Source: Pseudomonas aeruginosa PAO1 (GTDB taxonomy: Bacteria > Pseudomonadota > Gammaproteobacteria > Pseudomonadales > Pseudomonadaceae). From it: 64,000 nt of DNA. Shown here in pieces: positions 9,746-22,855 of the stretch. A program made the position numbers and the translations under genes. The notes under the pieces were generated by a model, which saw only the letters and a list, made by a program, of their open reading frames with translations, did no database searches and was not told the DNA's origin. The stretch lies in NCBI RefSeq assembly GCF_000006765.1, contig NC_002516.2. One strand, given 5' to 3'. The first letter of the stretch is position 1. Each line of letters starts with the position of its first letter.

Positions 9746-10246
9746 ATGAGCCAGAGCAACCTGATTCAGACCGACCGTTTCGTCCTCAGCGAAACCGAGC
9801 GCTCGTCCATCGAGCATGAAATGCATCACTACGAGGACCCGCGCGCGGCGTCCATCGAAGCCCTGAAGATCGTCCAGAAACAGCGCGGCTGGGTGCCGGA
9901 CGGCGCCATCCCGGCGATCGGCGAGGTGCTGGGGATCCCGGCCAGCGACGTCGAAGGCGTCGCCACCTTCTATAGTCAGATATTCCGCCAGCCGGTGGGC
10001 CGCCACATCATCCGCGTCTGCGACAGCATGGTCTGCTACATCGGCGGCCACGAGTCGGTGGTCGGCGAGATCCAGAAGCAACTCGGCATCGGTCTCGGCC
10101 AGACTACCGCCGACGGACGCTTCACCCTGCTCCCGGTCTGCTGCCTGGGCAACTGCGACAAGGCCCCGGCGCTGATGATCGACGACGACACCCATGGCGA
10201 CGTGCGTCCCGACGGTGTCGCCAAACTGCTGGAGGCCTACGTATGA
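9746..10246 (+). CDS. nuoE: NADH:quinone oxidoreductase subunit E
   Basis: VCDSMVC and [10 protein letters not shown] 2Fe-2S ligands. Confidence 0.97.
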
Positions 10247-11589
10247 CCCTTACCTCCATTGGTCCGGCCAACCGCATGGCGCGTTCGGCGGAAACCCATC
10301 CGCTGACCTGGCGCCTGCGCGAAGACGCCCAGCCCGTCTGGCTCGAGGAATATCAGAGCAAGGACGGCTATGCCGCGGCGCGCAAGGCGCTGACCCAGAT
10401 GGCCCAGGACGACATCGTCCAGACCGTCAAGGACTCCGGCCTCAAGGGCCGCGGCGGCGCGGGCTTCCCCACCGGAGTGAAGTGGGGCCTGATGCCGAAG
10501 GACGAGTCGCTGAACATCCGCTACCTGCTGTGCAACGCGGACGAGATGGAGCCGAACACCTGGAAGGACCGCATGCTCATGGAGCAGCTGCCGCACCTGC
10601 TGGTGGAAGGCATGCTGATTTCCGCGCGCGCGCTGAAGGCCTACCGCGGCTACATCTTCCTGCGCGGCGAATACGTCGACGCGGCGCGCAACCTCAACCG
10701 CGCCATCGACGAAGCCAAGGCCGCCGGCCTGCTCGGCAAGAACATCCTCGGCAGCGGCTTCGATTTCGAGCTGTTCGTCCACACCGGTGCCGGCCGCTAC
10801 ATCTGCGGCGAAGAGACCGCGCTGATCAACTCGCTGGAAGGCCGCCGCGCCAACCCGCGTTCCAAACCGCCCTTCCCTGCCGCCGTCGGCGTCTGGGGCA
10901 AGCCGACCTGCGTGAACAACGTGGAGACGCTGTGCAACGTGCCGGCCATCGTCGGCAACGGCGTGGACTGGTACAAGACCCTGGCCCGCCCCGGCAGCGA
11001 AGACATGGGCACCAAGCTGATGGGCTTCTCCGGCAAGGTGAAGAACCCCGGCCTGTGGGAACTGCCGTTCGGCGTCAGCGCCCGCGAGCTGTTCGAGGAC
11101 TACGCCGGCGGCATGCGCGACGGCTTCCAGCTCAAGGCCTGGCAGCCCGGCGGCGCCGGTACCGGCTTCCTGCTCCCGGAGCACCTGGATGCGCAGATGT
11201 TCGCCGGCGGCATCGCCAAGGTCGGCACCCGGATGGGCACCGGCCTGGCCATGGCGGTGGACGACAGCATCAACATGGTTTCCCTGCTGCGCAACATGGA
11301 AGAGTTCTTCGCCCGCGAGTCCTGCGGCTGGTGCACCCCCTGCCGCGATGGCCTGCCGTGGAGCGTGAAGCTGCTGCGTGCCCTGGAGCGGGGCGAAGGC
11401 CAGCCCGGCGACCTCGAGACCCTCGAGCAGCTGGTCAACTTCCTCGGCCCAGGCAAGACCTTCTGCGCCCACGCGCCGGGAGCCGTCGAGCCGCTGGGCA
11501 GCGCCCTCAAGTATTTCCGTGCCGAATTCGAGGCGGGCATCTCCCGCCAGCCTTCGGCCGCGCCGCGCCCGGCAACGGTCGGCGCCTGA
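10243..11589 (+). CDS. nuoF: NADH:quinone oxidoreductase subunit F
   Basis: [35 protein letters not shown]. Confidence 0.97.
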
Positions 11590-11720
11590 TGCTTTGCAGC
11601 CGGACGGCCAGCCGTCCGGCGATGTTTCGTCGTCGTGCCGCGGCCCGGCCGCAGGCCCGACGGAACCGTGAGTTTCTATTAGCCACGCCCGCTGACAACG
11701 GGCCAACGAAGACTTGAACC

Positions 11721-14438
11721 ATGGCCACTATCCACGTAGACGGCAAGACGCTCGAAGTCGATGGTGCAGACAACCTCCTGCAGGCCTGTCTGTCCCTCGG
11801 TCTCGACATTCCCTACTTCTGCTGGCACCCGGCGCTCGGTAGCGTCGGCGCCTGCCGCCAGTGCGCGGTGAAGCAGTACACCGACGAGAACGACAAGCGT
11901 GGTCGCCTCGTCATGTCCTGCATGACCCCCGCCACCGACAACACCTGGATCTCCATCGAAGACGAAGAGGCCAAGCAGTTCCGCGCCAGCGTCGTCGAAT
12001 GGCTGATGACCAACCACCCGCACGACTGCCCGGTGTGCGAGGAAGGCGGTCACTGCCACCTGCAGGACATGACGGTGATGACCGGCCACAACGAGCGCCG
12101 GTACCGCTTCACCAAGCGCACCCACCAGAACCAGGAACTCGGCCCGTTCATCGCCCATGAGATGAACCGCTGCATCGCCTGCTACCGCTGCGTGCGCTAC
12201 TACAAGGACTACGCCGGCGGCACCGACCTCGGCGTCTACGGCGCCCACGACAACGTCTACTTCGGACGGGTCGAGGACGGCGTGCTGGAAAGCGAGTTCT
12301 CCGGCAACCTCACCGAGGTCTGCCCCACCGGCGTGTTCACCGACAAGACCCACTCCGAGCGCTACAACCGCAAGTGGGACATGCAGTTCGCCCCGAGCAT
12401 CTGCCACGGCTGCTCCAGCGGCTGCAACATCAGCCCCGGCGAGCGCTACGGCGAGATCCGCCGCATCGAGAACCGCTACAACGGCTCGGTCAACCACTAC
12501 TTCCTCTGCGACCGCGGTCGCTTCGGCTACGGCTACGTCAACCGCGAAGACCGTCCGCGCCAGCCGCTGCTGGTGCTGAGCAAGCAGAAGCTGAGCCTGG
12601 ACGGCGCCCTCGACCAGGCCGCCGCCCTGCTGAAGGAGCGCAAGGTGGTCGGCATCGGTTCGCCGCGCGCCAGCCTGGAAAGCAACTTCGCCCTGCGCGA
12701 GCTGGTTGGCGAAGGCAACTTCTACAGCGGCATCAACGAAGGCGAGCTCGACCGCCTGCGCCTGATCCTGCAGGTCATGCAGGAAGGCCCGCTGCCGGTG
12801 CCGAGCATCCGCGACATCGAGGACCACGACGCGGTCTTCGTCCTCGGCGAGGACCTGACCCAGACCGCCGCCCGCATCGCCCTGGCCCTGCGCCAGTCGG
12901 TGAAGGGCAAGGCCGTCGAGATGGCTGCCGACATGAAGGTCCAGCCGTGGCTCGACGCCGCGGTGAAGAACATCGCCCAGCATGCGCAGAACCCACTGTT
13001 CATCGCCAGCGTCAGCGCGACCCGCCTCGACGACGTGGCCGAGGAAACCGTTCACGCCGCGCCGGACGATCTCGCTCGCCTCGGCTTCGCCGTGGCCCAC
13101 GCGATCGACCCAAGCGCCCCGTCCGTGGCCGACCTCGACCCGCAGGCCCAGGCCTTCGCCCAGCGCATCACCGATGCCCTGCTGGCGGCCAAGCGTCCGC
13201 TGGTAGTGTCCGGCAACTCGCTGGGCAACAAGGCATTGATCGAAGCCGCGGCGAACATCGCCAAAGCCCTCAAGCAGCGCGAGAAGAACGGTTCCATCAG
13301 CCTGGTGGTCGGCGAAGCCAACAGCCTCGGCCTGGCGCTCTTCGGCGGCGACTCCGTGGAAGCCGCGCTCGAGCGACTGACCTCCGGACAGGCCGACGCC
13401 GTGGTGGTGCTGGAGAACGATCTCTATCGCCGCACCGACGCCGCCCGTGTCGACGCGGCCCTGGCGGCGGCCAAGGTGGTGATCGTCGCCGATCACCAGC
13501 AGACCGCCACCACCGCCAAGGCGCACCTGGTGCTGCCGGCGGCCAGCTTCGCCGAAGGCGACGGCACCCTGGTCAGCCAGGAAGGCCGCGCCCAGCGCTT
13601 CTTCCAGGTGTTCGACCCGACCTACTACGACGCCAGGAACATGGTCCGCGAGGGCTGGCGCTGGCTGCATGCGATCCACAGCACCCTGCAAGGCAAGCGC
13701 GTCGACTGGACCCAGTTGGACCACGTCACCGAAGCCGTGGCCGAGGCCAAGCCGATCCTGGCCGGCATCCGCGACGCCGCACCGGCCGCCTCGTTCCGCA
13801 TCAAGGGCCTCAAGCTGGCCCGCGAACCGCACCGCTACAGCGGGCGCACCGCCATGCGCGCCAATATCAGCGTGCACGAGCCGCGCACCCCGCAGGACAT
13901 CGACTCGGCGTTCGCCTTCTCCATGGAAGGCTACTCCGGCAGCCAGGAAGACCGTCAGCAGATCCCGTTCGCCTGGTCGCCGGGCTGGAACTCGCCGCAG
14001 GCCTGGAACAAGTTCCAGGACGAGGTCGGCGGCCACCTGCGCGCCGGCGACCCCGGCGTGCGCCTGATCGAACCGAAGGGCGAAGGCCTCGACTGGTTCC
14101 AGGCCGTGCCGGTGCCGTTCAGCGCCAAGGCCGACAGCTGGAAGGTAGTGCCGCTGTACCACCTGTTCGGCAGCGAGGAAAACAGCTCGCGGGCCGCGCC
14201 GATCCAGCAGCGCATCCCGGAGACCTACGTCGCCCTGTCCAAGGAAGACGCGGACCGCCTCGGCGTCAACGACGGCGCGACCCTCGGCTTCCAGCTCAAG
14301 GGCCAGGCCCTGCGCCTGCCGCTGCGTATCGATGAACAACTCGGCGCCGGCCTGATCGGCCTGCCGGTCGGCTTCGCCGGTATCCCGGCGGCGATCGCCG
14401 GCTGCTCCGTGGAAGGTCTGCAGGAGGCTGCACAATGA
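11721..14438 (+). CDS. nuoG: NADH:quinone oxidoreductase subunit G
   Basis: [39 protein letters not shown] Fe-S motifs. Confidence 0.97.
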
Positions 14439-15430
14439 GTTGGCTGACTCCCGCTCTGGTCACCATCATCCTCACCGTGGTCAAGGCCATCGTGGTGCTG
14501 CTCGCCGTGGTCATCTGCGGCGCCCTGCTAAGCTGGGTCGAGCGCCGCCTGCTCGGCCTCTGGCAGGACCGCTACGGCCCCAACCGGGTCGGTCCGTTCG
14601 GTGCGTTCCAGCTCGGCGCGGACATGGTCAAGATGTTCTTCAAGGAGGACTGGACCCCGCCGTTCGCCGACAAGATGATCTTCACCCTGGCCCCGGTAAT
14701 CGCGATGGGCGCCCTGCTCGTCGCCTTCGCCATCGTGCCGATCACCCCCACCTGGGGCGTGGCGGACCTGAACATCGGCATCCTGTTCTTCTTCGCCATG
14801 GCCGGCCTGACGGTGTACGCCGTGCTGTTCGCCGGCTGGTCGAGCAACAACAAGTTCGCCCTGCTCGGCAGCCTGCGCGCCTCGGCCCAGACCATCTCCT
14901 ACGAGGTGTTCCTGGCCCTGTCGCTGATGGGCATCGTCGCCCAGGTCGGCTCGTTCAACATGCGCGACATCGTCCAGTACCAGATCGACAACGTCTGGTT
15001 CATCATTCCGCAGTTCTTCGGCTTCTGCACCTTCATCATCGCCGGCGTCGCCGTGACCCACCGTCACCCGTTCGACCAGCCGGAAGCGGAGCAGGAACTG
15101 GCGGACGGCTACCACATCGAGTACGCCGGGATGAAATGGGGCATGTTCTTCGTCGGCGAGTACATCGGCATCGTACTGGTCTCGGCGCTGCTGGCGACCC
15201 TGTTCTTCGGCGGCTGGCACGGTCCGTTCCTGGACACCCTGCCCTGGCTGTCGTTCTTCTACTTCGCCGCCAAGACCGGCTTCTTCATCATGCTCTTCAT
15301 CCTGATCCGCGCCTCGCTGCCGCGTCCGCGCTATGACCAGGTGATGGCGTTCAGCTGGAAGGTGTGCCTGCCGCTGACCCTGATCAACCTGCTGGTGACC
15401 GGCGCGCTCGTGCTGGCCGCGGCCCAGTAA
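14435..15430 (+). CDS. nuoH: NADH:quinone oxidoreductase subunit H
   Basis: ERRLLG...[25 protein letters not shown]. Confidence 0.97.
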
Positions 15431-15441
15431 GGAGAACCACC

Positions 15442-15990
15442 GTGATCAAAGAAATCATCAACGTCGTGCATGGCACCTTCACCCAGCTTCGCAGCCTGGT
15501 GATGATCTTCGGCCATGCCTTCCGCAAGCGCGACACCCTGCAATACCCCGAAGAGCCGGTCTACCTGCCGCCGCGCTATCGTGGCCGGATCGTCCTGACC
15601 CGCGACCCCGACGGCGAGGAACGCTGCGTAGCCTGCAACCTGTGCGCCGTGGCCTGTCCGGTTGGCTGCATCTCCCTGCAGAAGGCCGAGACCGAGGACG
15701 GTCGCTGGTATCCGGAGTTCTTCCGCATCAACTTCTCGCGCTGCATCTTCTGCGGCCTGTGCGAGGAAGCCTGCCCGACCACCGCGATCCAGCTCACCCC
15801 GGACTTCGAGATGGGCGAGTTCAAGCGCCAGGACCTGGTCTACGAGAAGCACGACCTGCTGATCTCCGGGCCGGGCAAGAACCCGGACTACAACTACTAC
15901 CGCGTTGCGGGGATGGCGATCGCCGGCAAGCCGAAAGGCGCCGCGCAGAACGAAGCCGAACCGATCAACGTGAAAAGCCTGCTGCCATAA
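15442..15990 (+). CDS. nuoI: NADH:quinone oxidoreductase subunit I
   Basis: GTG start after AGGAG; two ferredoxin motifs [12 protein letters not shown] and [12 protein letters not shown]. Confidence 0.96.
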   Translation: MIKEIINVVHGTFTQLRSLVMIFGHAFRKRDTLQYPEEPVYLPPRYRGRIVLTRDPDGEERCVACNLCAVACPVGCISLQKAETEDGRWYPEFFRINFSRCIFCGLCEEACPTTAIQLTPDFEMGEFKRQDLVYEKHDLLISGPGKNPDYNYYRVAGMAIAGKPKGAAQNEAEPINVKSLLP

Positions 15991-16001
15991 GGAGACGTCG
16001 C

Positions 16002-16502
16002 GTGGAATTCGCTTTCTATTTCGCTGCCGGCGTCGCCGTACTGGCCACGCTGCGGGTCATCACCAACAGCAACCCGGTGCATGCCCTGCTCTACCTGATC
16101 ATTTCCCTGCTGGCCATCTCGATGACCTTCTTCAGCCTCGGCGCACCCTTCGCCGGTGCCCTGGAGATCATCGTCTACGCTGGCGCCATCATGGTTCTGT
16201 TCGTCTTCGTGGTGATGATGCTCAACCTCGGCCCGGCCGTGGTCGAGCAGGAGCGCAAGTGGCTCACGCCCGGCATCTGGGTCGGGCCTTCGGCCCTGGC
16301 CCTGGTCCTGCTGGTGGAACTGCTGGTGGTCCTCGCCCGCACCCCGAGCGGTGCCGGCATCGGCCATACCACGGTAGATGCCAAGGCGGTCGGCATCAGC
16401 CTCTACGGCCCGTACCTGCTGGTGGTCGAACTGGCCTCCATGCTGTTGCTCGCGGCCCTGGTCGCTGCCTATCACCTGGGTCGTCAAGACGCCAAACAAT
16501 AA
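16002..16502 (+). CDS. nuoJ: NADH:quinone oxidoreductase subunit J
   Basis: GTG start after AGGAG; NPVHALLYL, IIVYAGAIMVLF. Confidence 0.95.
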   Translation: MEFAFYFAAGVAVLATLRVITNSNPVHALLYLIISLLAISMTFFSLGAPFAGALEIIVYAGAIMVLFVFVVMMLNLGPAVVEQERKWLTPGIWVGPSALALVLLVELLVVLARTPSGAGIGHTTVDAKAVGISLYGPYLLVVELASMLLLAALVAAYHLGRQDAKQ

Positions 16503-16547
16503 AGGTTCGGCGGGCGCCCTGCGCCCGCCCCAAGGGAACGTAACGCT

Positions 16548-16856
16548 ATGAACGCAATACCACTGGAACACGGCCTGGCCCTCGCCAGCGTCCTGTTCGC
16601 CCTCGGACTGGTCGGCTTGATGGTGCGACGCAACATCCTGTTCGTACTGATGAGCCTGGAAGTGATGATGAACGCCGCCGCCCTCGCCTTCGTGGTCGCC
16701 GGCAGCCGCTGGGGCCAACCCGACGGCCAGGTGATGTTCATCCTGGTGCTGAGCCTCGCGGCCGCCGAAGCGAGCATCGGCCTGGCGATCCTGCTGCAAC
16801 TGTATCGCCGCTTCCACACCCTCGATATCGACGCTGCCAGCGAGATGCGCGGATGA
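16548..16856 (+). CDS. nuoK: NADH:quinone oxidoreductase subunit K
   Basis: [26 protein letters not shown]. Confidence 0.97.
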
Positions 16857-18700
16857 ACCTTCTACCTCTTACCTTCCTGTTCCCCCTGGTCGGCTTCCTG
16901 CTGCTGTCGTTCTCCCGCGGCAGGTGGTCGGAAAACCTTTCGGCGCTGGTCGGCGTCGGCTCGGTCGGCCTCTCCGCCCTGAGCGCGGCCTGGGCCATCT
17001 TCAGCTTCCACAGCAGTCCGCCGGAAGGCGGTGCCTACAGCCTGGTGCTGTGGCAGTGGATGGCGGCCGGCGACTTCAGCACCAACTTCACCCTGTACCT
17101 GGACGGCCTCTCGGTAACCATGCTCGGCGTGGTTACCGGCGTCGGCTTCCTGATCCACCTGTTTGCCTCCTGGTACATGCGTGGCGAAACCGGCTATTCG
17201 CGCTTCTTCGCCTACACCAACCTGTTCATCGCCAGCATGCTGTTCCTGGTGCTGGGCGACAACCTGCTGTTCCTCTACTTCGGCTGGGAAGGCGTGGGCC
17301 TGTGCAGCTACCTGCTGATCGGCTTCTACTACAGCAATCGCAACAACGGTAACGCGGCGCTCAAGGCATTCATCGTCACCCGCGTCGGCGACGTGTTCAT
17401 GGCTTTCGGCCTGTTCATCCTGTTCCAGCAGTTCGGCACCCTGAACATCCAGGAGCTGCTGGTGCTGGCGCCGCAGAAGTTCCCGGAAGGCAACCTCTGG
17501 CTGACCCTGGCGACCCTGGCCCTGCTCGGCGGCGCGGTCGGCAAGTCCGCCCAGCTGCCGCTGCAGACCTGGCTGGCCGACGCCATGGCCGGCCCGACCC
17601 CGGTCTCCGCGCTGATCCACGCCGCCACCATGGTGACCGCCGGCGTCTACCTGATCGCCCGTTGCCACGGCCTGTTCACCCTGGCCCCGGACATCCTCGA
17701 ACTGGTCGGCATCGTCGGCGCGGTGACCTTGGTCCTGGCCGGCTTCGCCGCCCTGGTACAGACCGATATCAAGCGCATCCTCGCCTACTCGACCATGAGC
17801 CAGATCGGCTACATGTTCCTCGCCCTCGGCGTCGGCGCCTGGGACGCGGCGATCTTCCACCTGATGACCCACGCCTTCTTCAAGGCCCTGCTGTTCCTTG
17901 CCTCGGGCGCGGTGATCGTCGCCTGCCACCACGAGCAGAACATCTTCAAGATGGGCGGCTTGTGGAAGAAGCTGCCGCTGGCCTACGCCAGCTTCGTGGT
18001 CGGCGGTGCGGCGCTGGCCGCCCTGCCCTTCCTCACCGCGGGCTTCTACTCCAAGGACGAGATCCTCTGGGAGGCCTTCGCCAGCGGCCATCGCGAACTG
18101 CTGATCGCCGGCCTGGTGGGTGCGTTCCTGACCTCGATCTACACCTTCCGCCTGATCTTCGTCGCCTTCCACGGCGAGCCGAAGACCGAAGCCCACGCCG
18201 GCCACGGGATTTCCCACTGGTTGCCGCTCAGCGTGCTGATCGTCCTGTCGACCTTCGTCGGCGCCCTGATCACCCCGCCGCTGGCTGGCGTCCTGCCGGA
18301 AAGCGTCGGCCACGCCGGTGGCGAAGCCAAGCACAGCCTGGAACTGGCCTCGGGTGCCATCGCCATCGCCGGTATCCTGCTGGCCGCCCTGCTCTTCCTC
18401 GGCCAGCGCCGCTTCGTCAGCGCCCTGGCGAAGAGCGCCCCGGGTCGCTTCTTCGGTACCTGGTGGTACCACGCCTGGGGCTTCGACTGGCTGTACGACA
18501 AGCTGTTCGTGAAACCCTACCTGCTGCTCTGCCAATTGCTGGGGCGCGACCCCATCGACCGTACCCTGGGCGTCGTTCCGTTCAGCGTGCGCGGCGGACA
18601 CAACCTCCTCAGCCTCACCGAGAACGGCCGCCTGCGCTGGTACGCCGCTTCCCTGGTGGGTGGCGCCGCCATCCTGCTCGGCGCGCTGCTGCTGGCCTAA
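16853..18700 (+). CDS. nuoL: NADH:quinone oxidoreductase subunit L
   Basis: [48 protein letters not shown]. Confidence 0.97.
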
Positions 18701-18727
18701 CGAATTCACGGAGAGACTGAGCCTGTC

Positions 18728-20257
18728 ATGATTCTGCCCTGGCTAATCCTGATCCCCTTCATCGGCGGTTTCCTCTGCTGGATCGCCGAACACAGCAGCA
18801 AGACCCTGCCCCGCTGGATCGCGCTGCTTTCGATGACCCTGGTCCTGATCCTGAGCCTGTGGATCTGGGCCACCGGCGACTTCCAGCTGGCGCCCGCGCC
18901 CGGCGGCGAGCCGGAATGGACCCTGCAATTCAAGGTGCTGTGGATCGAGCGTCTCGGCATCAGCATCCACCTGGCGATGGATGGCCTGTCGCTGCTGATG
19001 GTCGCCCTCACCGGCCTGCTCGGCGTGCTCTCGGTCCTCTGCTCCTGGAACGAGATCCAGCGCCGCATCGGCTTCTTCCATCTGAACCTGCTGTGGATCC
19101 TGGGCGGTGTGATCGGCGTGTTCCTCGCCATCGACCTGTTCCTGTTCTTCTTCTTCTGGGAAATGATGCTGGTGCCGATGTACTTCCTCATCGCGCTGTG
19201 GGGACACAGTTCCGATGACGGCAAGAAGACCCGCATCTACGCCGCCACCAAGTTCTTCATCTTCACCCAGGCCAGCGGCCTGGTGATGCTGGTGGCGATC
19301 CTCGGCCTGGTGTTCGTCAACTTCAATGCCACCGGCGTGATCACCTTCGACTACGCCACCCTGCTGAAGACCCAGCTGAGCCCCCACGTGGAATGGCTGC
19401 TGATGCTCGGCTTCTTCGTCGCCTTCGCGGTGAAGATGCCGGTGGTGCCGGTGCATTCCTGGCTGCCGGACGCCCACGCCCAGGCGCCCACCGCCGGCTC
19501 CGTGGACCTCGCCGGCATCCTCCTGAAGACCGCCGCCTACGGCCTGATCCGCTTCGCCCTGCCGCTGTTCCCCAACGCCTCGGCGGAATTCGCGCCGATC
19601 GCCATGTGGCTCGGCATCATCGGCATCTTCTACGGTGCCCTGCTGTCCTTCGCGCAGACCGACATCAAGCGCCTGGTCGCCTACTCCAGCGTTTCGCACA
19701 TGGGCTTCGTGATGATCGGCATCTACTCCGGCAGCCAGGTAGCGCTGCAGGGCGTGGTGGTGCAGATGATCGCCCACGGCCTCTCCGCCGCGGCGCTGTT
19801 CATCCTCTGCGGCCAGCTCTACGAGCGCCTGCATACCCGCGACATGCGCAAGATGGGCGGCCTGTGGTCGCGCATGCCCTACCTGCCGGCGATCAGCCTG
19901 TTCTTCGCCTCGGCGTCGCTGGGCCTGCCCGGTACCGGCAACTTCGTCGGGGAGTTCCTGATCCTGATCGGCGCCTTCAAGGTGGTCCCGGTGATCATCG
20001 TGATCGCCACCTTCGGCCTGGTCTTCGCCTCGGTCTACTCGCTGATCATGATCCACCGCGCCTACTTCGGCCCCAGCCAGTCCGACGAGCCGATCCTCGG
20101 CCTCGATGCCCGCGAACTGAGCATGGTGCTCGGCCTGGCGGTCCTGCTGGTCCTGCTCGGGGTCTACCCGCAGCCAGTGCTGGACATCTCCGCGGCCAGC
20201 ATGCACGGCGTGCAGCAATGGCTGGGCGCAGCCCTTTCCACCCTTGCAGGACGGTAG
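18728..20257 (+). CDS. nuoM: NADH:quinone oxidoreductase subunit M
   Basis: [29 protein letters not shown]. Confidence 0.97.
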   Translation: MILPWLILIPFIGGFLCWIAEHSSKTLPRWIALLSMTLVLILSLWIWATGDFQLAPAPGGEPEWTLQFKVLWIERLGISIHLAMDGLSLLMVALTGLLGVLSVLCSWNEIQRRIGFFHLNLLWILGGVIGVFLAIDLFLFFFFWEMMLVPMYFLIALWGHSSDDGKKTRIYAATKFFIFTQASGLVMLVAILGLVFVNFNATGVITFDYATLLKTQLSPHVEWLLMLGFFVAFAVKMPVVPVHSWLPDAHAQAPTAGSVDLAGILLKTAAYGLIRFALPLFPNASAEFAPIAMWLGIIGIFYGALLSFAQTDIKRLVAYSSVSHMGFVMIGIYSGSQVALQGVVVQMIAHGLSAAALFILCGQLYERLHTRDMRKMGGLWSRMPYLPAISLFFASASLGLPGTGNFVGEFLILIGAFKVVPVIIVIATFGLVFASVYSLIMIHRAYFGPSQSDEPILGLDARELSMVLGLAVLLVLLGVYPQPVLDISAASMHGVQQWLGAALSTLAGR

Positions 20258-20264
20258 TCGCGAA

Positions 20265-21725
20265 ATGACCTTTACGATCCAACACTTCATCGCGCTCCTG
20301 CCACTGCTGATCACCAGCGCCACCCTGGTGGTGGTGATGCTGGCGGTAGCCTGGAAACGCAATCACTCGTTCACCGCCACCCTCTCGGTGATCGGCCTCA
20401 ACCTGGCCCTGCTGTCGCTGCTGCCGGTCCTCGGCGTCACCCCGATCGAGGTGACACCGCTGGTGCTGGTGGACAACTACGCCTGCTTCTACATGGCCCT
20501 GGTGCTGGTCTCCGCCCTGGCCTGCGTGACCCTCGCCCACGCCTACATGGAAAGCTATCCGGGTAACCGCGAAGAGCTGTACCTGCTCCTGCTGCTGGCC
20601 ACCGCCGGCGGCCTGGTGCTGGTCAGCGCGCAGCACCTGGCCAGCCTGTTCATCGGCCTGGAGCTGCTCTCGGTCCCGGTCTACGGGATGGTCGCCTACG
20701 CCTTCTTCAACAAGCGCTCGCTGGAAGCCGGCATCAAGTACACCGTGCTCTCGGCCGCCGGCTCCGCCTTCCTGCTGTTCGGCATGGCCCTGCTCTACGC
20801 CGAGTCCGGTACCCTGGGCTTCGCCGGCCTTGGCGCCAAGGTCGCCGAGCACGTGCTGAGCGGCCCGCTGGTCAGCGTTGGCGTAGGCATGATGCTGGTC
20901 GGCCTGGGCTTCAAGCTGTCGCTGGTGCCCTTCCACCTGTGGACCCCGGATGTCTACGAAGGCGCCCCGGCGCCGGTCTCGGCGTTCCTCGCCACCGCCA
21001 GCAAGGTCGCGGTGTTCGCCGTGCTGCTGCGGCTGTTCCAGATCGCCCCGGCGGCCCTGGACAACCAACTGCTGAACATCTCCCTGAGCGTCATCGCGGT
21101 CGCCTCGATCCTCTTCGGCAACCTGCTGGCACTGACCCAGAGCAACATCAAGCGCCTGCTCGGCTACTCGTCCATCGCCCACCTGGGCTACCTGCTGGTC
21201 GCCCTGATCGCCAGCAAGGGCATGGCCGTGGAAGCGGTCGGCGTCTACCTGGCTACCTACGTACTGACCTCCCTCGGCGCGTTCGGCGTGATCACCCTGA
21301 TGTCCACCCCGTACAGCGGCCGCGACGCCGATGCGCTGTTCGAGTACCGCGGCTTGTTCTGGCGCCGGCCGGTACTGACCGCGGTGATGACCGTGATGAT
21401 GCTGTCGCTGGCAGGCATCCCGCTGACCGCCGGCTTCATCGGCAAGTTCTACGTGATCGCGGTCGGCGTCGAGTCGCACCTGTGGTGGCTGATCGGCGCC
21501 CTGGTGCTGGGCAGCGCCATCGGCCTGTACTACTACCTGCGGGTCATGGTCACCCTGTTCCTGGTCGAGCCCGGCATCCGCCAGCACGACGCACCGTTCA
21601 ACTGGGGCCAGCGCGCCGGCGGCATCATGCTGGTCGCCATCGCCCTGCTGGCGTTCTTCCTCGGCGTCTACCCGCAGCCGCTGCTGGAAATCCTCCAGCA
21701 TTCCGGCCTGGCCCTCGCCGGCTGA
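20265..21725 (+). CDS. nuoN: NADH:quinone oxidoreductase subunit N
   Basis: [29 protein letters not shown]. Confidence 0.96.
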   Translation: MTFTIQHFIALLPLLITSATLVVVMLAVAWKRNHSFTATLSVIGLNLALLSLLPVLGVTPIEVTPLVLVDNYACFYMALVLVSALACVTLAHAYMESYPGNREELYLLLLLATAGGLVLVSAQHLASLFIGLELLSVPVYGMVAYAFFNKRSLEAGIKYTVLSAAGSAFLLFGMALLYAESGTLGFAGLGAKVAEHVLSGPLVSVGVGMMLVGLGFKLSLVPFHLWTPDVYEGAPAPVSAFLATASKVAVFAVLLRLFQIAPAALDNQLLNISLSVIAVASILFGNLLALTQSNIKRLLGYSSIAHLGYLLVALIASKGMAVEAVGVYLATYVLTSLGAFGVITLMSTPYSGRDADALFEYRGLFWRRPVLTAVMTVMMLSLAGIPLTAGFIGKFYVIAVGVESHLWWLIGALVLGSAIGLYYYLRVMVTLFLVEPGIRQHDAPFNWGQRAGGIMLVAIALLAFFLGVYPQPLLEILQHSGLALAG

Positions 21726-21740
21726 GTCGCCCGCTCCACG

Positions 21741-21768
21741 AAAACCCCGCCTCGGCGGGGTTTTTCTT
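21741..21768 (+). terminator. Intrinsic terminator of the nuo operon
   Basis: AAAACCCCGC-CTCG-GCGGGGTTTTT followed by CTTT. Confidence 0.9.
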
Positions 21769-21839
21769 TGGCCCGCCCCACGCACCCTGCCCCGCTGCCG
21801 TGGCATGCTCCGCGCTCCATGGATGAACCCGGAGGCCTC

Positions 21840-22649
21840 ATGCCCACCTTCCACGAAATCGACGTCCTGCGACACAACAGCGCCAGTTGGGACGCCCAGG
21901 CCGCCCGTGACTGCGAATGGTCGCGACCGGTCAGCGCCGAAGAGGTCGCCGCCGCACGCCGCGGCGACTGGGCGGTAAAGCTGACCCCGGGCGCGTTACC
22001 CGCTCACTGGCTGGGCGACGTACGCGGCCGCGAGATCCTCTGCCTGGCCTCGGCCGGCGGCCAGCAGGCGCCGATCCTTGCCGCCGCCGGCGCACGGGTC
22101 ACGCTGTTCGACGCCTCGGCGGGACAGCTGGACAAGGACCGCCAGGTCGCCGCCCGCGACCGCCTCGAACTGGCCTGCGTGCAGGGCGACATGCGCGACC
22201 TCTCGACCTTCGCCGATGCCTCCTTCGACCTGGTCTTCAATCCCATCTCCAATCTCTACGTCGACGATGTCCTGCCGGTCTGGCGCGAATGCGCGCGGGT
22301 GCTGCGGCCGGGCGGCAAGCTGCTGGCGAGCTTCTACAACCCGGCGCTGTTCATCGAGGACCGCTCGCCGGAACTGGCAGAGCAGGGCCTGATCCGGCCG
22401 CGACATCGCCTGCCCTACTCCGACCTGGAAAGCCTCTCCGCCGAAGCCCTCGCGGCAAAGCGCGAGAAAGGCGAAGCCCTGGTGTTCGGCCATAGCCTGA
22501 CCCAGCAGATCGCCGGCCAGCTCGCCGCCGGCCTGCTGCTGCAGGATTTCTACGAAGACTGGCAACCGCACCCGCGCTTCGTCATCGACCGCTTCGTGCC
22601 GACCTTCCTCGCCACCTGCGCGCTCAAGCCGAGGTCCGCCGCCGGTTGA
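21840..22649 (+). CDS. Class I SAM-dependent methyltransferase, 269 aa (PA2650-like)
   Basis: ILCLASAGGQQ motif I, QGDMRDL, FDLVF; GGAGG Shine-Dalgarno before ATG 21840. Confidence 0.88.
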   Translation: MPTFHEIDVLRHNSASWDAQAARDCEWSRPVSAEEVAAARRGDWAVKLTPGALPAHWLGDVRGREILCLASAGGQQAPILAAAGARVTLFDASAGQLDKDRQVAARDRLELACVQGDMRDLSTFADASFDLVFNPISNLYVDDVLPVWRECARVLRPGGKLLASFYNPALFIEDRSPELAEQGLIRPRHRLPYSDLESLSAEALAAKREKGEALVFGHSLTQQIAGQLAAGLLLQDFYEDWQPHPRFVIDRFVPTFLATCALKPRSAAG

Positions 22650-22813
22650 CAGCGACGAGCCCTGAGGAGTGCCGGCAAGCGCTGCTCCATGTCCGGTTGC
22701 GCAACGGTCGCGATGTACCGGGTTCGACGCACTGTTAGCCGAAGGCCCCAGGCACTGCCTGGAGCGGCTCAGCCACGACAGCGCCGTCCATGATGCTTCA
22801 AGGCCTGAAACGA

Positions 22814-22839
22814 ACAAGCCCCGCATTCGCGGGGCTTGT
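22814..22839. terminator. Hairpin between convergent genes (probable terminator)
   Basis: ACAAGCCCCGC-ATTC-GCGGGGCTTGT, a perfect 11-bp stem. Confidence 0.7.
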
Positions 22840-22855
22840 CTGCCACGGGCGCGAC

